Virus record (IMG/VR): IMGVR_UViG_2799112719_000001
DNA: 64,000 nt
Strand: one strand, 5' to 3'
Source: a virus
Each line of letters starts with the position of its first letter. The stretch's first letter is position 1. Of this stretch, positions 52,383 through 61,511 are shown piece by piece. The notes beneath the pieces were generated by a model. It was not told where the DNA came from. It was given only the letters and a program-made list of their open reading frames with translations, and searched no databases. A program made the position numbers and the translations under genes.

Positions 52383-54020
52383 ATGAATGGACTTCTCGAA
52401 CTTCTGACAACAAAGCTGTGGATGATTATGCCTGAATACGTCCACGGCTCTCGTGCTATTTGGGAGCAAAACCTGAATGGCCGCATAGCACTCGATCTTC
52501 AGCAGAAGAAAAAGCCCTATGCCATGCAGATACAGGATGGCCAGGCTGTCGGTGTCATCAATGAGTACCAGGTGACAGAAAACGGTAAGACTACCTCCCG
52601 TTGGTGGATGGACGAAATGGATGCTCCTTTTGTCAATGTCATGCCGGTGGATGGTCCTATCACTCGTGAAGGTGGTGCTTGCTCCTATGGCTCGATGGAT
52701 TTGCGCGACTGGATGATGGAGGCTGCAAATAATGAGTTCTGTCAGGCACACATCTTTGTTATTAACTCTCCTGGTGGTTCTGCATGGGCTATCAATGATT
52801 TCAAGCAGGCTATCGACTATGCCCATGAGCATGGTCAGAAGGTATATGCTTTCGTGGATGGCCTCTGTGCCTCTGCTGCTATGTACCTGGCCAGCGTATG
52901 TGATGAAGTGTACTACATGCACCCCAAGGATATGTTTGGATCCATCGGTGTGATGGCCGCTTTCTATACTGAAAAGAATGGCACCACCAATCAGTACACC
53001 AATGAGACTTACCATGAGCTGTACGATCCTGAGTCTTACGACAAAAACAAGTGGTATCGTGACATTGCTGAGAATAGCAAGAATGATAAGAAGCTGATGG
53101 ATGACCTGAAAAAGACGGGCGTAGAGTTCCGCGCTGACATCCAAAAGTCTTTCCCTGCTGCTACTGAGAAGCATATCCATGGTGCGCTCTTCGAGGCACA
53201 GGAGGTCACAGGCATTCTCTGTGATGGCCAGATGACTCTCGGAGAGGTCGTTGCCCGTGCCTTTGAGGTAGCCAACGGTTCTGCTACTCCCATTGAGCGC
53301 GTCGCTCCTGTTAAGCCGGAGGATGACGTGCCAGAGGATGATCCAGCTCCCGCCGCTTCTGCAAAAGCAACCACTACTGAAGCATCCGCTTCGGGTGAAA
53401 AGAATAACCCCTTAAACAAAGAGAATATGAAACAGTACGAAAAGATTGCCACCGCTTGCGGTGTAGAAGAGCTTATCGTCAACGAAGAAGGTGCCCACTT
53501 CGTGCCCTCTATGTTGGATGCGCTCAATCAGACGCTCGAACAGCAGGCTTCCGATAAGGCTGCCGCTGATGAGCAGGTACAGACTCTTCAGACCCAGCTC
53601 TCTGAGGCAGAGAATGCCAAGACTGAGGCCGTCAACGCCAAGGAGCAGGAACTGAATGACTCTCACGAGAAGGCTATGGGCGAGTTGAAGACCGCTCACG
53701 AGCAGGAGATTAACAACATGAAGCAGCAGCACGAAGAGCAGCTGAATGCCGAGAAGGAAGCCAAGGGTAAGGTCGAGCAGGAGCTGGCAGAGGTGAAGGA
53801 AAGCCTGGCCACTGCCGAGCAGCAGTTGAAAGACCGCGAAGCTCAGATTGAGACCTTGAAGGGCAAGCCTGGTGATCAGCAGGAGGGTTCGCCTGCCAAC
53901 AATGGCACTGGTGCTGAGTCTCACGAAGCTACCTGTGGTATGCCGGACTACGACCACAACAAGACCCCGCTGGAGAATGCCCGCATCCGCAAGGAGTACA
54001 TGGAATCTCTGCAAAAGTAA
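52383..54020 (+). CDS. Prohead serine protease (S49/ClpP-like) fused to a coiled-coil scaffold domain
   Basis: VINSPGGSAWAINDF...VDGLCASAAMYLASVCDEVYY matches the S49 pattern. The C-terminal 200 aa are an E/Q/K-rich coiled coil. Start moved out of the terminator hairpin. Confidence 0.75.
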   Translation: MNGLLELLTTKLWMIMPEYVHGSRAIWEQNLNGRIALDLQQKKKPYAMQIQDGQAVGVINEYQVTENGKTTSRWWMDEMDAPFVNVMPVDGPITREGGACSYGSMDLRDWMMEAANNEFCQAHIFVINSPGGSAWAINDFKQAIDYAHEHGQKVYAFVDGLCASAAMYLASVCDEVYYMHPKDMFGSIGVMAAFYTEKNGTTNQYTNETYHELYDPESYDKNKWYRDIAENSKNDKKLMDDLKKTGVEFRADIQKSFPAATEKHIHGALFEAQEVTGILCDGQMTLGEVVARAFEVANGSATPIERVAPVKPEDDVPEDDPAPAASAKATTTEASASGEKNNPLNKENMKQYEKIATACGVEELIVNEEGAHFVPSMLDALNQTLEQQASDKAAADEQVQTLQTQLSEAENAKTEAVNAKEQELNDSHEKAMGELKTAHEQEINNMKQQHEEQLNAEKEAKGKVEQELAEVKESLATAEQQLKDREAQIETLKGKPGDQQEGSPANNGTGAESHEATCGMPDYDHNKTPLENARIRKEYMESLQK

Positions 54021-54062
54021 TCAAGTTCACTTAGTAATAACCCCTTAAAAACAAAAAGAATT

Positions 54063-55343
54063 ATGGCTGAAAACAAAGCACCAGAGTTCATCGGTCGTGA
54101 GGCTCTTACTCATGTGGCCGAGCAGGTAGGTAAGCAGATCGTGATGGGTCCTGCCTACGAAGATCCCGAATTGCTCGATCGTCTGGGCATTCAGGTTATT
54201 AGTGGTGTGCAGTTCAAGAAGACTGACCATCTGCTTGTTCGTAAGGGTGGCACTACCCGTCGTAAGAAGGTTGGTACACCTGTCGAGAACAAGATTGGTT
54301 TCCTGAAGGAGCGCACCTTGGTTGCCAAGCTCACCTGGAACCGCTACAAAGACAACATCGACAACTATGTTGAGACTGTCTTCGGTACCGACGGTAAGGC
54401 TGGTGGCGACTATCCTCTCTCTACTGTTGCTGTCGAAGCTATCCTGAAGTCTTATGCCGAGGATTTGAAGAGCAATCTGTTCTTCGGCAAGATGGCCTAC
54501 GAGGACAGCGAGGACGAAGCAAAGCAGAAGCTCTCTCTCTACGACGGTTTCCATACCGACATTGAGCAGGACATCGAAGATGGTATTATCTCTGCCGAGA
54601 ATGGCAACCTGATTGCCTGTGATGCTATCTCTGTGCCTTCTGATGCACATGACAGCACTCCGTTTGACACGGTGCTGGAGTGGTACACCAAGTGGGATGC
54701 CCGTCTGCGCCAGCAGAAGGTGATCAAGCTCCACTGTGACGTGCTCCGTGGTCTCTACATCGCACAGGGCTATGCCAACAAGTATCATGGCAATACCAAG
54801 GTGAACTACCTGCCCAACGGCAACTTCACCGTGCCCGAAATGCCTCGCGTAGAGTTCTGTCCCTCTGATGCCTGGGGTGTTGGTACACGCCTGATGGCCA
54901 CTATCCCCAACAACCTCCAGTATGGAGTTGACTCTGAGAACAATCAGACCTTCGTTAAGACACAGTTTGGCACCGATGAGGATGCACAGGATGTGGTATT
55001 CCAGATCCAGTCTATCCAGGGCACCCGTGTCTTCAATCCGTTGGCTTCTGCATTCGTTATCAGTGACGGCTCGATTGCTGAGAATGTCATCAATGGTGAC
55101 TACGAGAACTCGAAGCTGGTCATCACACTGGATGGCGGTGGCTCCGGCGCAAAGGTAACTGTCAACGGCGAGGACTACGATGAGGTTCAGGAGTTTGCTC
55201 CTAACACCATCCTCACGCTGGTGGCTGTGCCTGGTACTGGTAAGGCTTTCGATCGTTGGTCTAACGGTAAGACCACCGCAACGATCAATGTGACCGCTAC
55301 GGGTATGCCGATGGCTCTGACCGCATTCTTCAAGAATGCCTAA
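54063..55343 (+). CDS. Major capsid protein (putative), with C-terminal Ig-like repeat
   Basis: Sits directly after the protease/scaffold gene and is 426 aa. The C-terminal VTVNGEDYDEVQEFAPNTILTLVAVPGTGKAFDRWSNG resembles the Listeria-Bacteroides (Flg_new) repeat. Confidence 0.6.
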   Translation: MAENKAPEFIGREALTHVAEQVGKQIVMGPAYEDPELLDRLGIQVISGVQFKKTDHLLVRKGGTTRRKKVGTPVENKIGFLKERTLVAKLTWNRYKDNIDNYVETVFGTDGKAGGDYPLSTVAVEAILKSYAEDLKSNLFFGKMAYEDSEDEAKQKLSLYDGFHTDIEQDIEDGIISAENGNLIACDAISVPSDAHDSTPFDTVLEWYTKWDARLRQQKVIKLHCDVLRGLYIAQGYANKYHGNTKVNYLPNGNFTVPEMPRVEFCPSDAWGVGTRLMATIPNNLQYGVDSENNQTFVKTQFGTDEDAQDVVFQIQSIQGTRVFNPLASAFVISDGSIAENVINGDYENSKLVITLDGGGSGAKVTVNGEDYDEVQEFAPNTILTLVAVPGTGKAFDRWSNGKTTATINVTATGMPMALTAFFKNA

Positions 55344-55351
55344 ACCTAATT

Positions 55352-55382
55352 CCGCACAGGGCGGTTCGCCGCCCTGATGCGG
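55352..55382 (+). terminator. GC-rich hairpin after the capsid gene
   Basis: CCGCACAGGGCGG-TTCG-CCGCCCTGATGCGG. Confidence 0.6.
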
Positions 55383-55443
55383 TAACGGTTTCCCTGAGAA
55401 CAGTTCTGCAAAAAAGTAACAACCCTAAAAATTAGAAAAGAAT

Positions 55444-56001
55444 ATGGCTGATACAGTATCTTGTCCCGCTCTCGATCATTTCCTGAACGCTGACAACTGC
55501 TTTGAAAACATTGGTGGCACATCGGCTGTGGCTTACTACTTCGTCAAAGATGACCTGTCGGCTCCCCTGGAATTGACTGGCAATGTGTACTCTACACCTG
55601 CCTTTAAGACTGGTAAGGGCCTCTATCGCATCGACCTGAAGGATGAAACCCAGCAGATTAAGGGTGACGGCCAGGGCAACAACAAGGGCTATAATCTGAC
55701 TTACAACGCCGTCATCGACGCTGTGAATAAGAAGGTGAGCCTCTTGTCTCGTGCTCTCCAGAACCTTGACATCGGTATCATCGTTCCTGATGGCCAGACG
55801 GGTGACACTCAAATTATGTACGACCCCTACAAGCGTGTTAAGGTTGAGCAGGGTGGTATTTCGTCTGATACGGGTGCCGCTTCTGGTGATGATCGTCAGA
55901 CCTCACTGGAGTTCCACCTCAATGGTGTGCTCTACGACAACCTCTACGTCACACCTCCCCAGACTGGTGGTTGGGATGGCCTGATGGTTGCAAGTTCTTA
56001 A
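55444..56001 (+). CDS. hypothetical head-associated protein
   Basis: 185-aa ORF between two terminator hairpins. Confidence 0.55.
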   Translation: MADTVSCPALDHFLNADNCFENIGGTSAVAYYFVKDDLSAPLELTGNVYSTPAFKTGKGLYRIDLKDETQQIKGDGQGNNKGYNLTYNAVIDAVNKKVSLLSRALQNLDIGIIVPDGQTGDTQIMYDPYKRVKVEQGGISSDTGAASGDDRQTSLEFHLNGVLYDNLYVTPPQTGGWDGLMVASS

Positions 56002-56023
56002 CCGACTATTCCCCTATCATTGC

Positions 56024-56059
56024 GCCCGCATCGCTGTTATCCCGATGCGGGCCTTTTTT
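56024..56059 (+). terminator. Hairpin plus T-tract terminator
   Basis: GCCCGCATCG...CGATGCGGGC followed by TTTTTT. Confidence 0.65.
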
Positions 56060-56066
56060 ATCCCCT

Positions 56067-56107
56067 GTTTTCTGTCCCACCCTTTTACCCTGTTTCCCCT
56101 AAATTTG
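56067..56107 (+). promoter_or_regulatory. Late-type promoter
   Basis: TTTTCTGTCCCACCC...CCCCTAAATTTGC, related to 33934-33970 and 60587-60623. Confidence 0.4.
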
Positions 56108-56168
56108 CTCCTGTCAATAATTGTTCCGTTTGCTGCAATACCGTTGCAGCCCTAAAAATTTAAGTACA

Positions 56169-57347
56169 ATGGATAAAAAACTTTTCACTGAAATGTCGCT
56201 TGATGAGCGCAAGGAATGGTTGGCAGAGTTCCAGCCGTGGTACGCTGAGAAGTTGCCTGTCATTGAATCGGGCAAATTCTCCCATAAGGATTTTGAACAG
56301 GGTCTTTCCCTGATTGCTGTGTTCCCCTTTACCCGCTCTTTTGTCCGTGAGGCTTTGCGCTTCCGTGATTATGCGTCCCGTAAGCGTTTGCTCCGCAACT
56401 ATTCTGACAAAGCACTTTCTGATGCAAAGGCTGCACTGGCCATTGCTGTTGACCTGACCGATCCTGCCTTGCTGGTGCCGCATGTTGGCCGTCCCACTAA
56501 GGATGAAGCTGCTGCCCGTGCGCTGAAGGCTGAGAATGACCGCAAGGAGGCAGAGGCAAAAGAAGAAACGCTTTTCGGTCCTAAGTCCGAGATTCCTACC
56601 ATCGACGCTGCCGCTCCTGGCACAGTGTCCGGCTCACTGAATGGTGGCACACTGTTGCACCTGGACCAGTTGAAGTGGCTCTTCTCTCCTGAATTGCAAG
56701 AGGCTGTAGAGACTGTCCGCGATTTGCGCTCTCGTGCAGAGGAAGCAGCAACGACGGCCAAGGTGCTTGCAGAAGCCGGTAAGCCTGAATCAGAAGTAGA
56801 GCCTTATAGCCAGGAGGCCGTCAAATGCACAGAGGCTTACGAGGCTATCTACGTCCGTGTAGATAACGAGCTGGCTGTGGTATATGTGCGCCTGAAGGAA
56901 GATACTGCTTTCCGTGCCAGTATCGAAGCTCAGAAGGTGGATCCCCAGCAGCTGCGCACTACCCTGCGCCCCTATTGGGATAAGGTAGAGGATAAGGATG
57001 CTTTCAAGGCCAAGGTCATTGAGGACATCAAGGCCAACGACCCAGAGCAGAAGGCTCTCCGTGAGGCAGAGGAAAAGAAGAAAGAGCAGGTAGATGCTAT
57101 CGTCAAGTACCTCATGCGTAAGGATAAGCCTAATACGCCAAAGCGTATTGAGACCATGACACAACGCTACCAGGCTTTGGTGGAACTGATTGGCGAGGAA
57201 GAGGCAAAGCCTTACCTGGCCGTGCTGAATGCCGCCAAAGAGGATTGCGAGAAGAATGTGGTCCCCGCTGCTGAAGCTCTGAAAGCCGAGAAAGCCGCCG
57301 CCAAGAAAGCAGCCAAGGCCGAAAAGAAATCTGCTAAAAAGAAATAA
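56169..57347 (+). CDS. hypothetical protein with Lys/Ala-rich basic tail
   Basis: Start at the ATG (MDKKLFTEM). The C-terminus reads AEKAAAKKAAKAEKKSAKKK. Confidence 0.55.
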   Translation: MDKKLFTEMSLDERKEWLAEFQPWYAEKLPVIESGKFSHKDFEQGLSLIAVFPFTRSFVREALRFRDYASRKRLLRNYSDKALSDAKAALAIAVDLTDPALLVPHVGRPTKDEAAARALKAENDRKEAEAKEETLFGPKSEIPTIDAAAPGTVSGSLNGGTLLHLDQLKWLFSPELQEAVETVRDLRSRAEEAATTAKVLAEAGKPESEVEPYSQEAVKCTEAYEAIYVRVDNELAVVYVRLKEDTAFRASIEAQKVDPQQLRTTLRPYWDKVEDKDAFKAKVIEDIKANDPEQKALREAEEKKKEQVDAIVKYLMRKDKPNTPKRIETMTQRYQALVELIGEEEAKPYLAVLNAAKEDCEKNVVPAAEALKAEKAAAKKAAKAEKKSAKKK

Positions 57348-57376
57348 CCACTGTGCCCAGCGGTTTTCCGCTGGGT
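57348..57376 (+). terminator. Conserved hairpin, family copy 6
   Basis: CCACTGTGCCCAGCGG-TTTT-CCGCTGGGT. Confidence 0.6.
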
Positions 57377-57424
57377 CCGTCTTCGTGTCTTCATAAAATC
57401 ATTAACTCATAAATTCATAAATAA

Positions 57425-57787
57425 ATGAAAAAGAAAATCCTAACAGCATTGGCAGCTGGTGCAGCTGCTATCGCAGGTGGACTGGTTTCGAGTCCGTCAG
57501 GTCAGCAACTCATGGAACAGGCTGCATCACAGGCGCAAGGCCAGCAGGTGACAGCACAGGCTCCCCAGCGTTACAACAATAATAGCCAGCAGCAGGCTCA
57601 GAACCGTTTGCCTGGCCAGACCGTCCAGCAGTACCTCAGTAATCCCTATGCGCCGATGGGTGGTGGTCGTTACTATGGTAATGGCTATGGAATGTCGCCC
57701 AAGGAGTATGGCGAATATTTGATGCGTACTGGTAAGGATAAGTACAACAAACGTAAGCGCAAGCATATTGCAAAAGGTTTCGCGTAG
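57425..57787 (+). CDS. small secreted or membrane-anchored Q-rich protein
   Basis: N-terminal MKKKILTALAAGAAAIAGGLV, Q-rich middle and basic C-terminus. Confidence 0.5.
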   Translation: MKKKILTALAAGAAAIAGGLVSSPSGQQLMEQAASQAQGQQVTAQAPQRYNNNSQQQAQNRLPGQTVQQYLSNPYAPMGGGRYYGNGYGMSPKEYGEYLMRTGKDKYNKRKRKHIAKGFA

Positions 57788-57832
57788 GCCGGTGGTTTCC
57801 CATCGGCTTATGCCCTCTTAACTCTTCACTCA

Positions 57833-58552
57833 ATGTCAAAACCTTCAGAAAAATACTTCGACAAAGTAGAACGCTGGTTATTGGGTGGCATCACCATCGA
57901 AAAAATGGTGCTGTCGCCTGATCAGCGTTTCCGTGCGCTGCTGGCTTACGAGGCATACCAGATTTGGATTCAGGACAAACAGATACGGCCATCTGACGTG
58001 ATGCGTCGCATTGCTGCCCGTGAATATCCAGTGCTCTTACAGAGAGCCAGCGAGGGCGACACAAAGGCTATGGAGTATGTAGCCGCTATGAATGTGCGTC
58101 CTGGTGTTCCGCGTACACCTACCGAGATATCTAACGACGTGGCTCTCTTCAATCATATCATAGGACGTTTCGATACGCCCATTGACAACATCGAGAAGGC
58201 AAAGGTGCAGGATGCGTCCGACTGGCTTATTCGTGAGGGGATGAAGATGGGCGACCCGCGTAGTGTGAAGTCTGGTGCCGACCTGAAGATGCAGCTCAAT
58301 AACAACTTCCAGGAGAAAGAGGATGTGGCAGGACAGATGCCGTCTTCTGAGATCACCATCACTACTGATGTGTCGGTAGTGAAGCGTGACCGCGTGAATT
58401 ATACCGACGAAGAGCGTAAGAAGATGGCTAAACGCTACGGATTGACCGACAAACAGGTAGTCGATATGATACAAAACTCTGATGGTACATGGCAGATGCC
58501 TGATGAACAGCCGGAGCCAGAACCAGAGAAAGATGTATTTTCAGAAGAGTAG
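57833..58552 (+). CDS. putative terminase small subunit
   Basis: Assigned by position only: immediately upstream of the large terminase with a 4-nt gap, 239 aa. Confidence 0.35.
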   Translation: MSKPSEKYFDKVERWLLGGITIEKMVLSPDQRFRALLAYEAYQIWIQDKQIRPSDVMRRIAAREYPVLLQRASEGDTKAMEYVAAMNVRPGVPRTPTEISNDVALFNHIIGRFDTPIDNIEKAKVQDASDWLIREGMKMGDPRSVKSGADLKMQLNNNFQEKEDVAGQMPSSEITITTDVSVVKRDRVNYTDEERKKMAKRYGLTDKQVVDMIQNSDGTWQMPDEQPEPEPEKDVFSEE

Positions 58553-58555
58553 CCT

Positions 58556-60547
58556 ATGGCAGAGAGAAGAGACGTTTACATGAACCACAAGCAGTACCTG
58601 ATGTACCTGATGAATGTACGAGACGGTCGCTTGCTTGGTAGCCGACGATTTGGTAAGACTGACGGCTCTATCGGGCCTCGCATCTATCGTGTCAGTCAGT
58701 CTATGCCTCGTGCTACGAATATATGGTTGGGAAACTCCAGAAAACAGCTCTATACCCGTACCGTTCCTGGCACCATTGCCGCCATTGAGCGTTTCTTTGG
58801 CATCCGTGAGTCAGTACATTTCGGCTGGGGTAAACCGCCACGATGGGTGCCGAGTCCTATCATCAAACCGAAGACCTGGGATAACTGCATCTGGTTTGCT
58901 AATGGCACCATTTGGCAACTCATTTCAATGGCAGTCACGGGATCGGCCAATTCGCTGACGGTAAACTCCATCGTGGCCGATGAGTGCAAGTTTATGTCGA
59001 AGTCCAAACTGGATGGTGAAGTCATGCCGGCATTGTCAGGTATCGTGCATCCGTTGGGCGACCCGTCTTTCTCTGATGCAAACCCACTTTTCAAATCCAC
59101 TTTCTTTGCCTCTGATGCGAGTCTGACATCAAAGAATAACTGGCTGGAGAATGAGGAAAGCAAACTCGACATGCACCCTGATACGGGGCCATTGACTAAC
59201 AAGACCTATCGGGAGATACAGGCTGAGTTGGAAGACTATGCAGAGCGTGTCATCTTCTACAATGAACTGCTGCGTAATGCCAAGCGTGACGGCTGTGTGC
59301 CTATCCTTTGCCGTCAGGATGAGATAGATGCCATCCGTATCAAGGCACAGGCCATGATGAACCACGAAGGCCCGTTCAAGATCCTGCCGAACTATGGCCA
59401 ACGTATCAATAAGGCCATGCTCGATATGGCTATCAACTATAAACTGATTGATGCAGAGGAAGCGGAATTACTCTATTGCCATAAGTATCTGATTACACCT
59501 GACCAGGACTTTGACATGCAGATGATTCTTAACTCGAAGTCCTACCAGAAGAAAATCCGTACCTTACAGTGTAACGCCTTTGCATTTTGGCGTGTCAGCA
59601 CCTTAGACAATGTAGATATCGTCGGAGAGTCGTACATAGCGAGAATGGCGCGTGACCTTCCTCCTGTCGTGTTTGCCATATCTATTCTTAATAAAAAGGT
59701 GGCAAAGACTAACGACGGTTTCTATTCCAATCTCGATATTGAGAATGTGCATGGCTATATTCCTGATGACTGTCCGGCCATTGACAGCAGCTTCACGAAA
59801 AAGAAAGCTATGACTGTGCTCGGTGGCTCTGCTACTGAAGAAGAGTACGAGACTCCCGACTTTGGCGAGTTACAGCAGATCAAAGACTGCACTCTGGATG
59901 GTGACGTAGTGGACGCGCTGCCTTTGTATATCAGCATGGACTATAACGCTAACATTAACTGGGTGGTGACTGGGCAACTCTATCGCAGGGATAACCAGGA
60001 ATGTCTCAATGTGCTCTCCAGTATGTATGTCAAGAATGAGCGTAAGCTGCGTGAGCTGATGGGCGACTGGCATCACTACTATAAGCCTAAGATGCAGAAA
60101 TGCCGTGAGGTCATCTATTTCTATGATGCAACAGCCAAGTTCAAAGGCTATGCCATCGAGGGTATGGAAGACTTCAAGGATGTGGTCATTAACGAGCTGA
60201 CGAAATACGGTTGGTCTGTACGGCCTGTTGACATGGGATCACCGATGGCCCACGAAATGAAGTATAAGGATATCAACGAGTCGCTGGCTGGTGTGGCCTA
60301 CCCTGCTATCCGCATCAATCGTGAGAATAACGAGGCTCTGATTATTGCCATGCAGAATGCGGAGGTGTCTATCGGCTATAAAGGGTTTAGGAAGAATAAA
60401 GCAGGTGAAAAGCTCTCTGAAGACGCAGACGATGCAGTACGCCTGGAGTACAGAACGGACGGCACCGATGCGTTTGACTCGCTCTATATTGGCTGCCGCT
60501 ATCATCTTACAAACATGTCGGGCATGTGCCTTCCATTAGGTGATTAG
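58556..60547 (+). CDS. terL: Terminase large subunit
   Basis: Walker A-like GSRRFGKT, Walker B-like SIVADE, 663 aa. Confidence 0.65.
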   Translation: MAERRDVYMNHKQYLMYLMNVRDGRLLGSRRFGKTDGSIGPRIYRVSQSMPRATNIWLGNSRKQLYTRTVPGTIAAIERFFGIRESVHFGWGKPPRWVPSPIIKPKTWDNCIWFANGTIWQLISMAVTGSANSLTVNSIVADECKFMSKSKLDGEVMPALSGIVHPLGDPSFSDANPLFKSTFFASDASLTSKNNWLENEESKLDMHPDTGPLTNKTYREIQAELEDYAERVIFYNELLRNAKRDGCVPILCRQDEIDAIRIKAQAMMNHEGPFKILPNYGQRINKAMLDMAINYKLIDAEEAELLYCHKYLITPDQDFDMQMILNSKSYQKKIRTLQCNAFAFWRVSTLDNVDIVGESYIARMARDLPPVVFAISILNKKVAKTNDGFYSNLDIENVHGYIPDDCPAIDSSFTKKKAMTVLGGSATEEEYETPDFGELQQIKDCTLDGDVVDALPLYISMDYNANINWVVTGQLYRRDNQECLNVLSSMYVKNERKLRELMGDWHHYYKPKMQKCREVIYFYDATAKFKGYAIEGMEDFKDVVINELTKYGWSVRPVDMGSPMAHEMKYKDINESLAGVAYPAIRINRENNEALIIAMQNAEVSIGYKGFRKNKAGEKLSEDADDAVRLEYRTDGTDAFDSLYIGCRYHLTNMSGMCLPLGD

Positions 60548-60556
60548 TGTGCTATT

Positions 60557-60585
60557 CCACTGTGCCCAGCGTTTTCCTGCTGGGA
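60557..60585 (+). terminator. Conserved hairpin, family copy 7
   Basis: CCACTGTGCCCAGCG-TTTTCCT-GCTGGGA. Confidence 0.55.
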
Positions 60586-60586
60586 G

Positions 60587-60623
60587 TTTGTCCCTAACTC
60601 CTGCGTCTTTCCCCCTATCTTTG
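60587..60623 (+). promoter_or_regulatory. Late-type promoter
   Basis: TTTGTCCCTAACTCC...CCCCTATCTTTGC. Confidence 0.45.
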
Positions 60624-60658
60624 CTCAAAAATAAATAAAATTCTAAACCCTATTTAGT

Positions 60659-61459
60659 ATGTCACAGTTATCTATCTCCTACCAGCACCCGAAGTATGTC
60701 TCAGACATCTTCGCTGGGAGTGTTATCATTGATTGCACATTCCCGACTGAGGGATTCCACCTCGTAACGGTAGAGTCCAGTAAGGACCAGGAAAACTGGT
60801 CAGTGTTCCAAAGCCAGGTCGTTGACCTTAATCTCTCATTCAAGGTGCTGTCACCGTCTAAGTCGCTTTTCTTCCGTCTTACCATGAGTAAGCAGCCGAC
60901 GGCCATCAATATCGACACGATTATTGATGGCACCACCACTAAGGAGGATATTGAGAATGTCATCGAAGAGAAGTGTGCTGACGTGGCACTCTCTGGCGAG
61001 GCAAAGGATGTGACGCTGACGGCTATCACCGGCCTCGTGGCTACGCAGGTGCAGGCTGCCATTGCAGAGCTGCTGGCAAAGATCATTTCTCTGGGTGCCG
61101 CTATCTCCTATGAGGGACAGGTGGCCGACTATGCTCATCTGCCGTCTTCTGACTTGAAGAAAGGCTACATGTATAACGTGGTAGCGGCTAATGATAAGAT
61201 TCCTGCCGGTACCAACTATGTTTGGAATGGTGAATCATGGGATCCGATGGTAGGTCAGATCGACCTTACGCCGTTCCTCACTTCTACCGATGCTGCAAAC
61301 ACCTACGTTGCCCTTAATGCCAGTGCTACGAATGCCGGTTCTGACATTGTGCGCCTGCTGGGTGTCAACAGCCAGGGTAAGGCTATCTCTATCACGCCGA
61401 AAGCCATTGTCGAATACGTCATCAAGACGCTAATGGATGATGACCTGCTCGCTGTATAG
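60659..61459 (+). CDS. tail-fibre-like protein
   Basis: The segment TGLVATQVQAAIAELLAKI resembles motifs common in phage fibre proteins. Confidence 0.4.
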   Translation: MSQLSISYQHPKYVSDIFAGSVIIDCTFPTEGFHLVTVESSKDQENWSVFQSQVVDLNLSFKVLSPSKSLFFRLTMSKQPTAINIDTIIDGTTTKEDIENVIEEKCADVALSGEAKDVTLTAITGLVATQVQAAIAELLAKIISLGAAISYEGQVADYAHLPSSDLKKGYMYNVVAANDKIPAGTNYVWNGESWDPMVGQIDLTPFLTSTDAANTYVALNASATNAGSDIVRLLGVNSQGKAISITPKAIVEYVIKTLMDDDLLAV

Positions 61460-61470
61460 CATTGTTTAGT

Positions 61471-61498
61471 CACTGTGCCCAGCGGATTTCCGCTGGGA
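61471..61498 (+). terminator. Conserved hairpin, family copy 8
   Basis: CACTGTGCCCAGCGG-ATTT-CCGCTGGGA. Confidence 0.6.
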
Positions 61499-61511
61499 TA
61501 AAGAGTAAAGT

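Noticed and set aside
52344-54788. Long minus-strand ORFs (52344-53180, 53412-54014, 54045-54788)
   Set aside because: They are antisense to the protease/scaffold and capsid genes, which have clear motifs. They are a shadow-frame effect of codon bias.
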